Shown: positions 39,687 through 53,235, counted from the stretch's first letter. The stretch: 64,000 nucleotides of DNA from Malacoraja senta (GCA_038087875.1 CM075986.1:16554001-16618000); one strand, 5' to 3'. Translations and numbers: made by a program. Notes: generated from the letters alone by a model not told the origin.

Positions 39687-41081
39687 GTAAGTCAAGTTTC
39701 ATTTTAGTTCATGTTGTTCCTTATTTGTTTCAATACCCCATAATTTCCTACCATGGAACCAAACGGCACAGAAATGGGTTGTTTCAGCCAACATTATCCA
39801 TGCAGACTGTGATGCCTATCTACACTAATTCCATTTGCTTACATTAGGCCAGCGTCCCTTTATGCCTTTTCTATCCAAGTAGTTGTCCAATTTACTTTGA
39901 ACATTGTCATTGTATTTGCCCTTACTGATATTCTGGCATCTTGTTCCAGATCACTACCACTCTCAGTGTGAAAAATTTACCCTTCAGATCTCCTTTAGAT
40001 TTCTCCCATTTCAGCTTGAAACCATGTTGTTTCAGTCTCGCCTGCAAACCAGCGCATCTCCCACATTTTCTAGGTAAGTGGCTTCTTCTAGTCGGATCCG
40101 AGAGTTGGAAAATGGAGTTGGCCCGTTCTGTGAGGAGGGTCAGTGCGTTAGGTGGGGCCCAAGAGTCAGGTTCAGTCCCTCGCAATTATGTCCCTCATAT
40201 TTTTATAAACATCTATAAGATTCTCCCCTTAGCCACACTTATTTCATGTTAGATCTATATTTGGGGTTCATAATGCTGGGCAAAATCTTTCTCATCAAGA
40301 TCCTGCTGTAAATCAGTTTTTCAGTGGAAGAAAAAATGGCTGAAATATATGCAACAGTTATGGATATCTTTTCAAAGGAACCAGAAATGGTTAGGAATCA
40401 GGGGTCAAATGAAAGCAACAAACTTTTTTTGTAAACAAAAGCCATTGTAAAGATTGAAGGTGATTGCAAGCTGACAAATCTAGATACCACCAACATTCCA
40501 TCGAAAATACTCCAGAATAGTCAGTGATTATAATTAACAAAGTGCCTTATTAAACAAAAGGATGGAGAGAGAGAGAGAGATAATTTCTCTATTGAATGCC
40601 TACTGCCAAACAACCAAATGTGTTTTGTCTGGTTCTGCACAAAGAGTTGGCCACAAACTATAATTCACAAGGATTCTTCTAATAATGAAAAACAGAAAAG
40701 AAAAACACCTGTATCTATTCCTCTAGTTTGAGGAACCCTCCTCCATTGTGGCCTTGTATAATCCGAGTTGTGGAATTTGTTAAGTCATTACCTTCTGCCA
40801 TTTCTGGTGGGCAGGGTGGTATTCATCTTCACCATCTCTGTGACACTCACTGGAGGCAGGTTTTGGCATCTCCAGGGTGGTAGTGTGTCATTCACAATGG
40901 TGTTTTTCATCTACCCCAGGGGTTCTTCAGCGTTACATGCTGTTCATCTGGTTCTGATGTTGCTATTTGTTTCTTTTTAGCACAATGAAAGCCTTGTAAA
41001 ATATCACAGACGTGTACAGTAAAGCTATTAATGATGGTTCTCTTTTTGTTACCATGTCTTTTTTTGGAATTGCTGCCCTAG

Positions 41082-41139
41082 CGGTGGGTGTCTGAAAAGC
41101 TAGGTGTCGAGAGCCTGCAGGACGTGGGACTATTTGGTG
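41082..41139 (+). CDS. STRADA: STRADA exon (RWVSEKLGVESLQDVGLFG)
   Basis: 58 nt, cctag/gtaagt borders; homologous to human RWVSEKFIVEGLRDLELFG. Confidence 0.93.
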
Positions 41140-41524
41140 GTAAGTTATTGTGCCAATGTTGGCGGGCATAAACTTACCTTTCAGAAAACAGACATAGAGG
41201 TTGGTGTATGGGTTTGTTGAATCACATCTAAGAGATCAATTTGACTCTTTCTCTCTGTCTGGGTCACGTCAGAATCAGATTAGTTTATTGTTATAGGGTG
41301 CAATGAAGCACTTTGTTTGCATGAAGCTCATAGAGAACACAGTATACATGGTAACTTTCTTTCTTAATATCTTTGATGTTCTGAATGCAATTATGTTCAC
41401 GAGTTGATTCCCCTTTTTATACACTTCAAGTTTGTTTCAAAGAAACACCTAAAACATCTGATCAAATGCACATAATTAAATTAATCAAGGAGCTAATGCA
41501 ACATCGTCTGAAGCAGATGAGTTA

Positions 41525-42265
41525 CAAGTCACAAGTCAAGTCACATTTATTTATATAGCACATTTAAAAAACAACTCTCGTTGGCCAAAGTGCTTTACAT
41601 TTGTTATAAGAATAATATAAACAAACAAACTACATACATATATACATATAGCCCTCGCTCAGAGGACGTCAAGTAGGCTTGGGAGTATAGATAAGTTTTT
41701 AGTCTTGACTTAAAGGAGTCGATGGAGGGGGCAGTTCTGTTGGGAAGGGGGATGGTGTTCCTCGGTCTAGGAGCTGCAACCGCTAAGGCGCGGTCGCTCC
41801 TGAGCTTATGCCTAGACCGCGGGATATTCAGCAACCCCAAGTCGGCCGATCTGAGGGACCTGGAGGTGGAGTGGTGGGTGAGAAGACTTTTAATGTAGGT
41901 GGGGGCAAGCCCATTGAGGGCTTTGTAGACATAGAGGAGGATCTTGAAATGTATACAGAACCGTACAGGGAGCCAGTGGAGAGAGGCCAGGATCGGGGTG
42001 ATGTGGTCCCTTTTTCGGGTGCCCGTCAGGAGTCTCGCTGTGGCGTTTTGGACCAGTTGCAGGCGGGACAGGGAAGATTGGCTGATGCCAGTGTAAAGGG
42101 AGTTGCAGTAATCTAGGCGGGAGGAGATGAATGTGTGGATGATCTTTTCGAGGTCATCAGAGTGGAGGAATTGTTTTATTTTAGCTATCCGAATCTGAAA
42201 GAAGCTAGCTTTTACCACGGCATTGACTTGTTTGTCAAATTTCAGTGCTGAGTCAAAAATCACAA
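41525..42265 (-). mobile_element. 5'-truncated young L2-clade LINE
   Basis: Open 219-aa ORF (SRLDYCNSLY, LQLVQNATARLL, HITPILASLHWLPV); 3' tail AAAGCACTTTG..AATAAA followed by (GACTT)n. Confidence 0.9.
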
Positions 42266-43494
42266 GGATTAACGATGTTTGTATTTCATGGATGGGTCAA
42301 GACATCAAAATAAAATATTTGCGGTTATATTCAAACCTAAACATATCTAGATTGAAGCTTCCCAAAAGAACTCCAAATGCATTTAAAATTTTTTTTTTTT
42401 TAATGTGGAATCAATGTGGATACCATATATCATCGGATTCTGTTCAGACAGTTGGTTCAGATGTTATATAGTCTAAGATTATAGTTACCATTTGCTTTTT
42501 CTTTGGACACTGTTGCAAAATAAGCTTATTTATGCTGAAGTCCATTTAACACTTGTGTCTGGTGCCTTTTCACTTTTAATGGTGTTTTAACCTTCAGCCT
42601 GTCAGTGCTCTAGCTCAATATTATATACTTGTATGATAACCTGTGTGAGATTCTTTGCATGATATCCCTACTTCCACAACCCACTTTCCAAAAGAAAATT
42701 GACTTTCTTGATTTGACTCGTATGATTTAAGTAGTATTTAATTTTCTTTACTGTTCAATATTTGCAATATGTTTCCCTGGTTCTCCTGTAAGACATAATC
42801 CTTTGTGTCTATATAAAGCTCCCATACCAATCAGTGAAGCTGATGCTTCCCAGTACTTATCTAAACGAACCTTCGGTGATGGTTGTGGAATGGTTGAGTA
42901 TTGCGTTGGTTGTTTGTCATGATGAATTCTAGAAAATGCAGTAAATTCTTAGCCAGATGATCAGATCTGAAAGAGAAAATTTTGGATGCAAGTTCTCTGA
43001 ACTTCTGAAAGCTTCCAGCATTTTCCATATTTGGCTTCAAATTTATATTGTTCATTTTGTTATTGAACTGACTGCTATACCCATCGTCACTCAGGTTATC
43101 ATGCTGGCAATCATGGTGTTCTCATTTATCATGTAGTTGGGTTTTATTTCACTCCTTGTAAATTAAATAAACTTTAAAGTTGAATTATCCCATGAATTAT
43201 ATTATTGGGGGTTAAAATTAAAGTTACCAATTACAATATGCACACAAAATAAATATGCAAAAATCACATTTAATATATTTCCTATCATGTAGTAGTGTAC
43301 ACATGCACAATGTATAAATAGATTTTAATATTGAAGTGATTCAGAATATACTTTCTTTTTAATTTAGTGTAAAAAATGTGTGGATTATTTTATGCCCAAT
43401 ACTGGAGTAATCAACCTAGAATTGACCATGGAAACATCACTGAGAAATTAAGGCCAACATCTTGTAATGATTGTTCTTCATAATCATAATCGTA

Positions 43495-44080
43495 ATTTAT
43501 TAGCCAAGTATATTATGCAACATACGCGGAATTTGGTTTGCCATACAGTCATACCAAATAAAGCAACAAGACACACAACTACATAAAAATTGGACATAAA
43601 CCTCCACCACAATGGCTCCCCCCCCCCCCCCCCCCCCCCAATTCACCACTGTGATGGAAGGCAATAAAGTTTTATCTTCTTTCCTCCTTTTCTCCCACGG
43701 TCGGGGGAGTCGAACCATCCGCAGCCGGCGATCGAAGCTCCCGCGATCGGGTCGCTTGGAGCTCCCGAAAGCGGTCGCTGACCGGGGATCGCAAGCTCCA
43801 CGTTGTGAAGTCCGCAGACTCCCTCGGTTGGAGCTCTGAGGTCCCAGCAAGATGCCGCCAGCTCCACGATGTTAGGCCGCAGTGCGGACGGAGATACGAC
43901 ACGGTAAAAAGTCGCATCTCCGTCGAGGAAAGAGATTGAAAAAAGTTTCCCCCAACCTCCCCCCACGTAACACAAAACTAAAGATAAACTAAAACATACA
44001 TTGTACAACAAACTAAAAACACAAAGAAGGAAAAAGACGAGACAGACCGTTGGCGAGGCAGCCATCGTACGGCCCCCCCC
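43495..44080 (-). mobile_element. Second copy of the 35625-36260 retroposon family
   Basis: Shared blocks CACTGTGATGGAAGGCAA, GATGTTAGGCC, AAAACACAAAGAAGGAAA and GTTGGCGAGG. Confidence 0.7.
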
Positions 44081-44304
44081 CCGGAGCCTTGTTACTGCTC
44101 ATAGGGTAATAAATTTGTACAGGGAATAAATTGCAAAGGTAGAGTCATAGAGTGATACAGTGTGGAAACAGGCCCAACATGCCTATACTGGCCAACATGT
44201 CCCAGCAACACTAGTCCCACCTGCCTGTGTTTGGTCCATATCCCTTCAAACCTGTCCAATCCATGTAACTGTCTAACTGCATCTTAAACGTTGCAATAGT
44301 CCAA

Positions 44305-45015
44305 CGTAGATCAGATAGGATAACCAGTAACTGAGGGATGAAGTAATTTCCCCCAACTGCATTACCAGTTATTATGGTACATGTGGTAGTGATTTTTGAA
44401 TTGATAATCATGTGCAATTGCATAATATTGATGGTTCCGTATTCCTGACTAGCATGACTCGAGTTTCTTCTTATGGTTCAAGATTATGTAATGGCACATC
44501 AGATAGTGACACAGTTTAAAAATTCAACAGGAAAATGCACAATCGTGACCATGTCTGTCACAGATAATAGATGTATGTAGTACAGGTTGTCCAGGGAGCT
44601 TTGAAAATAGGTTTTCATGTCCTACACTGTGTCATTTTGTTCAGTACCAAAATTGCTTTTTCACACCACCATTGGCAATTCAAGTTGTGTTGAGTGACAT
44701 TTGGAAAAACAACTTGCTTCAGATCATGGAATGAAATAATGTTTTCCCAAGTTTTTCATCAAAATTATTCCTGTTGAATCTTTGTGTTTCATTTCCTAAC
44801 AAAGTAAGTTCAAAGCAAACACTCTCACACTTGGGTGGCCTGTATAATGTGCTCATGTATTAATTTTCAAGTGTAATTGTTTAATATTTTCCAAATATAT
44901 GATGCTTTAATACAGACTTTCATTTCATCTGCTTTAGTACCTTGTGGGATTACGATAGTGTTTTGACAAAAATTTCCAACAAGCACTAAAGTAACGCCAT
45001 CTATTAATTTATAAT
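44305..45015 (-). mobile_element. Decayed Helitron RepHel (PIF1-family helicase) fragment
   Basis: Collinear motifs GVTLVLVGNFCQ..VIPQGTKADEMKVCIKASYIW, VFPN..WWCEKAILV, VHFPVEFLN, VPLHNLE..VMLVRN and IITGNAVGGNYFIPQL, interrupted by stops and frameshifts. Confidence 0.8.
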
Positions 45016-47974
45016 AGAATTGTTGTCTTGTGGAGGGTGGTGAATCTCTGGAATTCTCTACCCCAGAAAATTGAAGCATTATCATTAAAATAAAGGTGAA
45101 GGTGCATTTTTGTAAGATTGTGGATTTGTGGGCTGTGGGACTCTCCCAGAGAAAGAACTAAGGCCAGCATAAAGCAGATCATGTTGAATGGCAGGGGAGA
45201 TTTGAGAGGCCAGGTGGCCCAACCTCATTCATATTTTGTAATGGTCTTGTGAGGGAAAAAATTCCTTCCTTCTCCTACTTGGTCAGACACTAATGAAACA
45301 AAAGAGAATACACAATACATCTAGAGCAAAAAACCCCAAAAAGGCTTGCTGGTTCACCTGTTGAGTTCTTCCAGAGTTTGTCTTTTGCCCTTAAATAGGC
45401 AAAGTTGGATAGATGCTGTCCTGGTGGGTTGAAGGACCACTTTCTGTTCTGTACAAGTCTAAGATCTTTGCCTCACATTACTCTGAAATTATGCTCTGCC
45501 CCCCAGTTCCAGATACCCCCATTAAAAGAAACAACTTCTCTAAGTCCATCCCGTCAATCCTACTCAGAATCTTATGTTTCAATCAGATTACTTGTAATTC
45601 TTCTAAACGCCATTGAGTATCAGTGCAACCTGGTCAACCTTCCTTTGTAAATAATCTTTTTCATCCAGAGCATCGACCTAGTGAACCATGTCTGTGCTGC
45701 CTCTTGTTTGAGTACATCCTTCTTTAAATATTAAAAGCAAAACTACCTACATCACCCCAGGTGTGGTCTCGCCACCATTCTGTAAAGTTGCATTAAAACA
45801 TTGCTACTCTTATACTACGTGCAACTAGCCTTCCTAATTATTATGCTAACTTCATGTTTCATGTACATGATTTCTCAGATCACTTTGCAATATTTGTGGT
45901 CTCATTCCATTTAAGTAATAATATGCTTTTTTTCCGTTCCAAAATGGATAACCTGATAATTTCCCACGGTGCTTTTCATCTGCTTACTCGTTTAATATAC
46001 CTTTTTTTTTAACCTTGCAGTCTCTTTGTGTCCCTCACAATTTACTAACTCGCCTGCCTTTATATCATCAGTGGGTTTGTATACAGTACAGTTGATCCCT
46101 GTGTCATGGGCTTTAGCACCTGTGGCTCTCCATGAGTAACCTAATGCAATGAAAATGACTAATTTATCCTGGATGGCTATTTTCTGTTAGTTGGATATGG
46201 AGTCATATGGCGTAGAAACAGGCCCTTCAGCCTAATTGTCCATACCGACCAACATGCTCCATTTACAGTAGTCCCATCTGTCTGAATTTGGCCCATATCC
46301 CTCTAAACCTATCCTATCCATGTACTTATCCAAATGTGTCTTAAACATTGTGATAGTACCTGCCTCAACTACCTCCTCTGGCAGCTCGGTCCATAAATCT
46401 TCTCTGCACCCTTGCCATTGGATGACATCCTTGCTGATATATTAACACCAAATCTGTGTACTCTTGTGCAGTAACTGTTTATGTAGCATCTTAAGAATGC
46501 TGAATCCTGAGCAAAATACCATCTGCTGTAGGAACGGCAGGTCAAGCAGCATCTGTGGAGGGAAACGAATGGACGCCATTTCAGGTCAAGACCTTTCCTC
46601 TGGACTGGGTGTTGACCCAAAATCTTGACTTTCTGTTTCCCTCCACGAATGCTGTTTGACTGGCTGAATTCCTAGAGCAGATTGTTGTTTACACTACATG
46701 GCAGGTAAACAACTTTAAAAGCACTGTCAATTGGACAACCATGGTAACATATAAGAGATTTTGTGTGTTGTCTCCAAGTTTTCCCACCAACCAGAATTCA
46801 TATTTGCAGTTCTCATGAAGGATTATTGACCTAAAAAGTTGACAGTCTCTCTGTCCACAGCTGCTGCTTACCTATTGTGTTTTCCCAGCATTTTCTGTAT
46901 TCAACACTTATAGGTTTGCTCAAAAATCAACAAACTGCAATTTTTTGATTTACAATCAAGATAAAAAATAGACCGCATAAGGCAGAGATGAGTTAGAATT
47001 GTTGTATGTCTTTTGGAACTCCCTGAGTCCTGAGTCATTAAGTAATTTCAGGGTTTGGGTAGACATTGAACTGCAGGATATAAGGCAAGAAAGTACAAAT
47101 GAACTCATTAGTTTGATCTTAAAAAATCATGAAGAACATTCAAGGAGATCCGTTGCCAGCACCCATTTCATAATTTTGGGTGTTTTCGGAAACTCGCTGC
47201 AAATTTCATTTGTTGCCTTCACCAGGATTTGATACCTGTGGGTAAGGAGATATGTATGGTTGGATGGGTATTGTTGGCCTTTTTCTTTTGCTGTCTTCAG
47301 TGTCTTTGTCTCTGGAGTAATTCATTTATCATCCATACCCTTCAACTTATTTGCAGCAGACCCTTTCTTGGTGACAACAATGATCTCTTATATCTCCTAT
47401 CCTTGCTCCTCTAGGCTTTTCCGTCGTGCTCTTGTTTCCCTTTCATGAATCCTCATAAAACAATTCTTGCAACGTAAAAATGGTGCAAGTTTTTCTCTTC
47501 CCACATGTGATGTGATTTACTTTTGATGCACACAGCAGTCATGCAGGCAATCCACTTTAGTAGTTTTATCTAAATGGTGTCTACATTATGGGAGGGAAAC
47601 TTTGTGATGTTTTAAATGTATGCTGTATTTACTATTTTCTATCATTTGCAACCTATGCTCTGATCTCTTAGCATTCTATAGTATCGTTACACATTTATTC
47701 TGTGGTAATGGTCATGCAGTTTTTTTATATATGGAGACTGTAATGTCTATGTGAGAAGGACACTTTGATTATTAAATCATCTGACACCAAATTCTCATCC
47801 TTCAAATACCGTAATTGTTGATAAAAGGCAGTTTAATAGCTCTCATCGATCTATAATTCTCGCACCATCTGGCAGTGACTTAGATTGATGACACCTATGG
47901 TCAGGTTTACCAGTCTTGTTTGCTAGTTGTTTTGCCCTAATACTAAAAATCAACTTTTAGTTTCTTTGCTTCAG

Positions 47975-48003
47975 AGCGGCCTCGAGCGGAGTATCACAGG
48001 AAG
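47975..48003 (+). CDS. STRADA: STRADA exon (ERPRAEYHRK)
   Basis: 29 nt, cttcag/gtgagt borders, phase 1-0; corresponds to human EQPPGDTRRK. Confidence 0.85.
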
Positions 48004-50264
48004 GTGAGTACTCTCCACCAAAAGGCTGTCTTGTGTTGATTGCATGTGAATCTTTGTGCAGTGTGGTATGTGACTCTGACTACAGGAAATATAAAGTTTG
48101 ATCTCTTGCATGTCAGACATTTGCTGCAAAGCATTTTACTTTGGTGTTCACATTTCATAGCAACTTTGGTTTTGTTTCTGCATGGGGCAAGTTTGTTATA
48201 TACAGTGTAATAAAGGGGCATTCAGCACAACCCATGACCCTCCCTCCTTGCATTCCTTTTCACCCCACGCTATCCAGATGTTCTTATACCTATCCAGTTT
48301 CCTCTACCTCAGGCAGTCTGTGTGGAGGAAGTTGCAATTTCTCACCACTCTGGATTTGACGCTGGCTGGTTGATTGTCTAGTTTTGGCTCTCTTTGCAAG
48401 ATTTGTCCACATCTACCCATTTAAACCGCTTTAGATTCATGTATTCGGGTTGCACCAGTTGCCTTTCTGGAGAAAACAAACTACCAGCTTGTTAATTTTT
48501 TTTGATTTATTATCTCTCAGTTCTTGCTATCATCCATATAGGTCATTGCATTTACACTTTTTCCATTGTACAAATTTCCATTGTTGTTTCCGGGGCAGTT
48601 CATTTTGCTGTATTAAATTCATAATACAAATCCTAAAACACTTTGAAATTTGGAAAATAATTGATTGCAGTTGCTCAACTAAGCACCTAAGTCCAAGGAA
48701 AGGGAGCTCTGTCAAATTCTGCTGTATATCTGAATCCTCTCATGACCCATGACTCAATCCTTCACAACGCTAAGCTTCAGAACCTTCTTGTGGGCTGTGC
48801 ATTTGTGCAGCAGCTACTTTTTTACACATTTCTAGGATTTGTAGAAAATCAAAAAATGGCAGATGTTGAAGATCTGAAATAAAAACAAAATGCTGAAACA
48901 TTCAGCAGGTTAGTGTTGGCATTTGAAGATGGAGACCCTTGTCAGAATTTAGAAAGTAAAAAAACACATTTTGTATAAAATTGTTAGAGAGTTGGGTGGG
49001 ATAAAATAAATATTCCATGATGGGGTAAAATTAGGGTTGCCATCTGATGGGTCATGGATGAGGTCACTTAGTTGGGTTAATGAGGGCAATTAGAACAAAG
49101 CAATGTAAAAGTTGCAAAGTGCAGAGCGATGGGTCATATCGGCAGGACAGGCTGTGCAAACAGGGAGACAAAACAAGCAATGGATGACACCCAGCAGAAC
49201 CAGCCAGTTCTGATACTGAGAAAAAGCAAGTTATCTAAAGTTACAGAATTGAATATTGAGTCGAGATAGCAAAGCAAGAATTTCATTGTCCTATCAGGGA
49301 CACATGACAATAAACTCACTTGAACTTGAACTTGATAGCTGCAAAATGTCTGGCAGAAGTTGCAATTCCATAAGATTGCATTGGGCCTTGTTATAACAGT
49401 GTAGGAGGCTAGACAAAAAGATTAGAGTGGAAATGGACTGAGAATTAAAGTGGCAGGCAACCGTGTTCTGAACTGCCCTTACATGTTGAATGGCGGTGTC
49501 CTACATTGCATTTGTACTGAGTGGAGTGCAGAGACATTTCAGAGTAGAGTTAACTGTAAATATCACTTTGAATCTTGAGACAAAAAAGACAATTTCCTTT
49601 GCAGGTAGGTTTTTAAGACATCTGACTTTAATGACTTATTAACTTTAAACTCCCCTGTTACTGAGGTAATTTAATCTTTTGGATCTGTCATCTAGAATCA
49701 CTAGTTCTGCACCGAAACCATATGCCAGACATTGAATTACTGACAATTTCCAAGTGAGAAAAATTATAACTGGCAGGTGACACTGCTGCACCTCTGAGCT
49801 CCAGCTTGGAAGCCGACGACTGCTGTCAGCTGAGAATAGTGCACCATGTTAGGATGAGGTGGCTAAATGTGATAGAAAATAAATCAGACAAAACAACAAA
49901 AGCTTTACAGTTTATGGATTAAGATCGCGATTTTGTTTTAATATTTTTCATACAAAGATTACCTTTCATTAAAGATGTGTTCCTAGCCAGGAGTTAATAA
50001 CTCATATCAGAACTTGAGAGGATAGAGCATCACCCCAAATCTGGAAAAGTACAACCGTCCAGCGATCAGCATTTCCATGGAATTGTCCAGTACTGTCCGA
50101 GCCAAAGCTGTTGATGATCTGCATTTTCTTTATTCTTAAAATCATCTCTGATCAGAAACGCAAACAGAAAATGCTGGAAACTCTCAGCAGGTCAGGCAGC
50201 ACCTGTGGAAAGAGGGGGAAAAAAGTAGACTTTAACAGGGAAGGACATGGAATTGATTGGTTGA

Positions 50265-50555
50265 AAGATACAGCATGGAAATAGGCCCTTTGGCCCACCA
50301 AGACCATGCTGACCATCAATCACTGTTCACACTAATTCTACATGATCTCACTTTTTGCATCCCCTCCTAACACACTAGGGTCAAATTACAGAGGCCAATT
50401 AACCTACAAACCCACACTTTGGGGTGTGGGAGGAAACTAAAGCATCTGGAGGAAACACATGCAGTTACAGGGTGAACGTGCAAACTACACACAGAGAGCA
50501 CCAGAGGTCAGAATCGAACTGGGTATCTGGTGCTGTGAGGCAGCCGCCCTACATC
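50265..50555 (-). mobile_element. V-SINE/HE1-like SINE
   Basis: Reverse complement of the family core and tail. Confidence 0.7.
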
Positions 50556-52255
50556 TGTGATAGGTTGAGGCCTGCGTTGCTATGAAGATGAGTTATTAAT
50601 GGAGCATTTAGAGGGGGACAAAGAAATGTGATGTGTTGCAAATAGTCGTCAGGCTGTGTTAATGGAGAAGGGAGGGGGAACCAGAGCCAAAATCTCAGTT
50701 GAATGACAATGCAATAATGGCAGCTCCCATATGGACAGAGAGTAAATATTCAGAAGTTGGAACATTTGGTATTGTATCAGGAATACTATTTATTGTGTAA
50801 TAGCAGCAGAGATGAAGCTGTTCTTGAATCTGGTGGTACATGTTTAACTGGTGAAAGCAATTGCCTGTGATTTTTTTTTAAAATTCTAACTGCGGGGGGA
50901 GGCTATGTTCAATGTTTCCTTCAAAATATGGCCTTCTAGGTGCTGCTTTCCTTATTAGCACTAGATTCATGGCTCTTTGCCGAGCTGGAACTCTCTTCAT
51001 TAGGCTGATCTGGAGATCTGAGCCAAAGTGTATTTGCTTTAAAAATTGCTATTTTTGCTTGAATTTTGTTTGGGATGTGGTGGGGGAAGGACTTTGTAAA
51101 AAGTGCTCTAAGTGCAAACTGATATCTTGAGTAAGTTTCTTTTATTTCACTTTGGTGGCTCTCTGATAGGCTTGTTTATGATACACTGCTTGCACTGATG
51201 ACATTGTTGCTCCTGTATTGCTTGATATTAAGCTCTACCAAGCCCTTGCTGTGAATTTCTGCCTGGCTATTCTGAAGTGTGAGTCATTGGCTAAGGTCAA
51301 TGAGCCCATTGTAGACTCCTTTGCACCCCTGTGCATGGATGCTGTTTGCCTAATCCCTTTCTTCAGCTTTTTTTATAGTTAGTGGAAATCTTTTACTTAT
51401 CTGTGATGAAATATTGTGTGGCAGAGTGCTGGGCTTAAAAGCAGGAAATTCCCTCAAAGGAAAGCATTATTCTTGCACGGCCGCTTGCTCACCTCGTTAA
51501 TGGGTTCAACTTCCAGTCGCAGATCATCTGCATGACAGGACAAACAAGAATGATGCATCCTTTGATGCAAGGAATTTAACCTCCTCACCCTTCTTTGAAT
51601 AAAAATGAAGAACGGATAATGAGTAGAAACTAGCTAACAGCTCAGCTTTTAGCAAAATATTTAGCCTGCGAGAATCAATAAGTATTATAGATGGGCTTTA
51701 ACAGGTTTCAAGAGGTAAAACTCAAAGGATGGGTGAGCTGCTTATGTAAGGTGGGGAGCAAGGTGATGCAGTGTGGGAGAACATAAGAGCATGGAACAGA
51801 GTAAAAGCACTGGCCGCTTATGTCTGCTCTGCTATTCAATGATATTTGTTGATCTTTCATGCTCTCCGCTCCAGTTCCTTCATTATCCAGACATGTTCAT
51901 ATCCATAAGAATGCTGAGATTATATGTTTGAGTCTCGCATGTGGCTTGAACCGATAGCCTACAAGGGGAATGTGAAATCACTGAGCTTGGACTTGGACCA
52001 TCCCTGCCCTCAAATTCACTGATTCTTCTCCAAATGACCCGTTAGTCTTGAAATAGAGTGCTGGCCACATAATGATGAATTTGTACATGGAACCTAGAGC
52101 AGTGCAGTACAGCATGGAAACAGAACAGAATATCTGTGCCAAACATGATGCCAATTGAAACTAATTCCTTCTGTCTGTTCATGATCTATATCCCTCCATT
52201 CCCAATACATCAATATGATTTTCTAAAATCCACTCACATGCTGCTATAATGAATG

Positions 52256-52449
52256 GTAGACACAAAATGCTGGAGTAACTCAGCGGGTGAGGGAGCATCT
52301 ATGGAGAGAAGGAATTGGCGATGTTTCAGGTCTCGACCCGAAACGTCGGCAATTCCTTCTCTCCATAGATGCTGCCTCACCCGCTGAGTTACTCCAGCAT
52401 TTTGTGTCTACCTTCGATTTACCAGCATCTGCAGTTCTTTCTTAAACAA
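52256..52449 (+). mobile_element. Penelope-type fold-back element
   Basis: Long inverted arms; perfect 15-bp TSD CTGCTATAATGAATG at 52241-52255 and 52450-52464. Confidence 0.85.
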
Positions 52450-53235
52450 CTGCTATAATGAATGTTTATATGAGCAGTAATGAGGATATGAGAATGTAGC
52501 AAGTGAGGTTAAAAATTTGTAAATCAAAGAAGGTTATTTAAAATAAATTGGTATTGATTTATTATTGTTACGTGTGCTGATATACAATGAAAATGTTTGT
52601 TTAATCTGCACGTTCTGTTGCATTTGATTATAATCTATAAAAGTTGCACAACACAAATCCTGCCCTACTGAAGTCTAGGGTGCAATGCATCTAATGGAAA
52701 TTTTGTGCAGGGCTTTGCTGCTGTGGACTTCTGGGTGGCCCTGGTATTTATTGCCAGGATTTAATTACCAAATCTACTTAATTTTTTTTTAATATATAAA
52801 TTAACCTATTGCCATTAAAAGAAAAACTGGAGAACTTTAGGAATGTGAAGACCCTTAGGTCCAGGAAACTTGTCCTTTCATGAGAATCAACCAACAACGA
52901 TCTTACCGAAACCCTCGGTTCCTTCTTTCTTCAATACCTGTCTTCAGTGCATCATCTTCCATCATAACCTTGCTCAATACTACATTCTATTAAATGTTTG
53001 CCTTTGTGACTCACTGTCTACAGACTGGCTCTTTCATCGTTCTGTCTCAGTTGCACCTGTTTACATTTTGAATCATTCAATGTTATAGTACAACTTTCTT
53101 AGATTGCTAAATTTTATCAAAAATTTGAAGAGGATTGGAGCTATCCTGTTGAGTTGAATATTACTGTAAGCCGACCTTACTGGAATTCACCAGTCAGTGG
53201 CATTTCTTTGATGATCTATTTCTTTTCTCCCTTAG

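Noticed and set aside
41054-41081. ATGTCTTTTTTTGGA (MSFFG) just before the RWVSEK exon, resembling the STRADA start
   Set aside because: It is out of frame with the exon (28-nt offset) and forms part of the acceptor pyrimidine tract. The MSFL exon with its own donor is at 39675.
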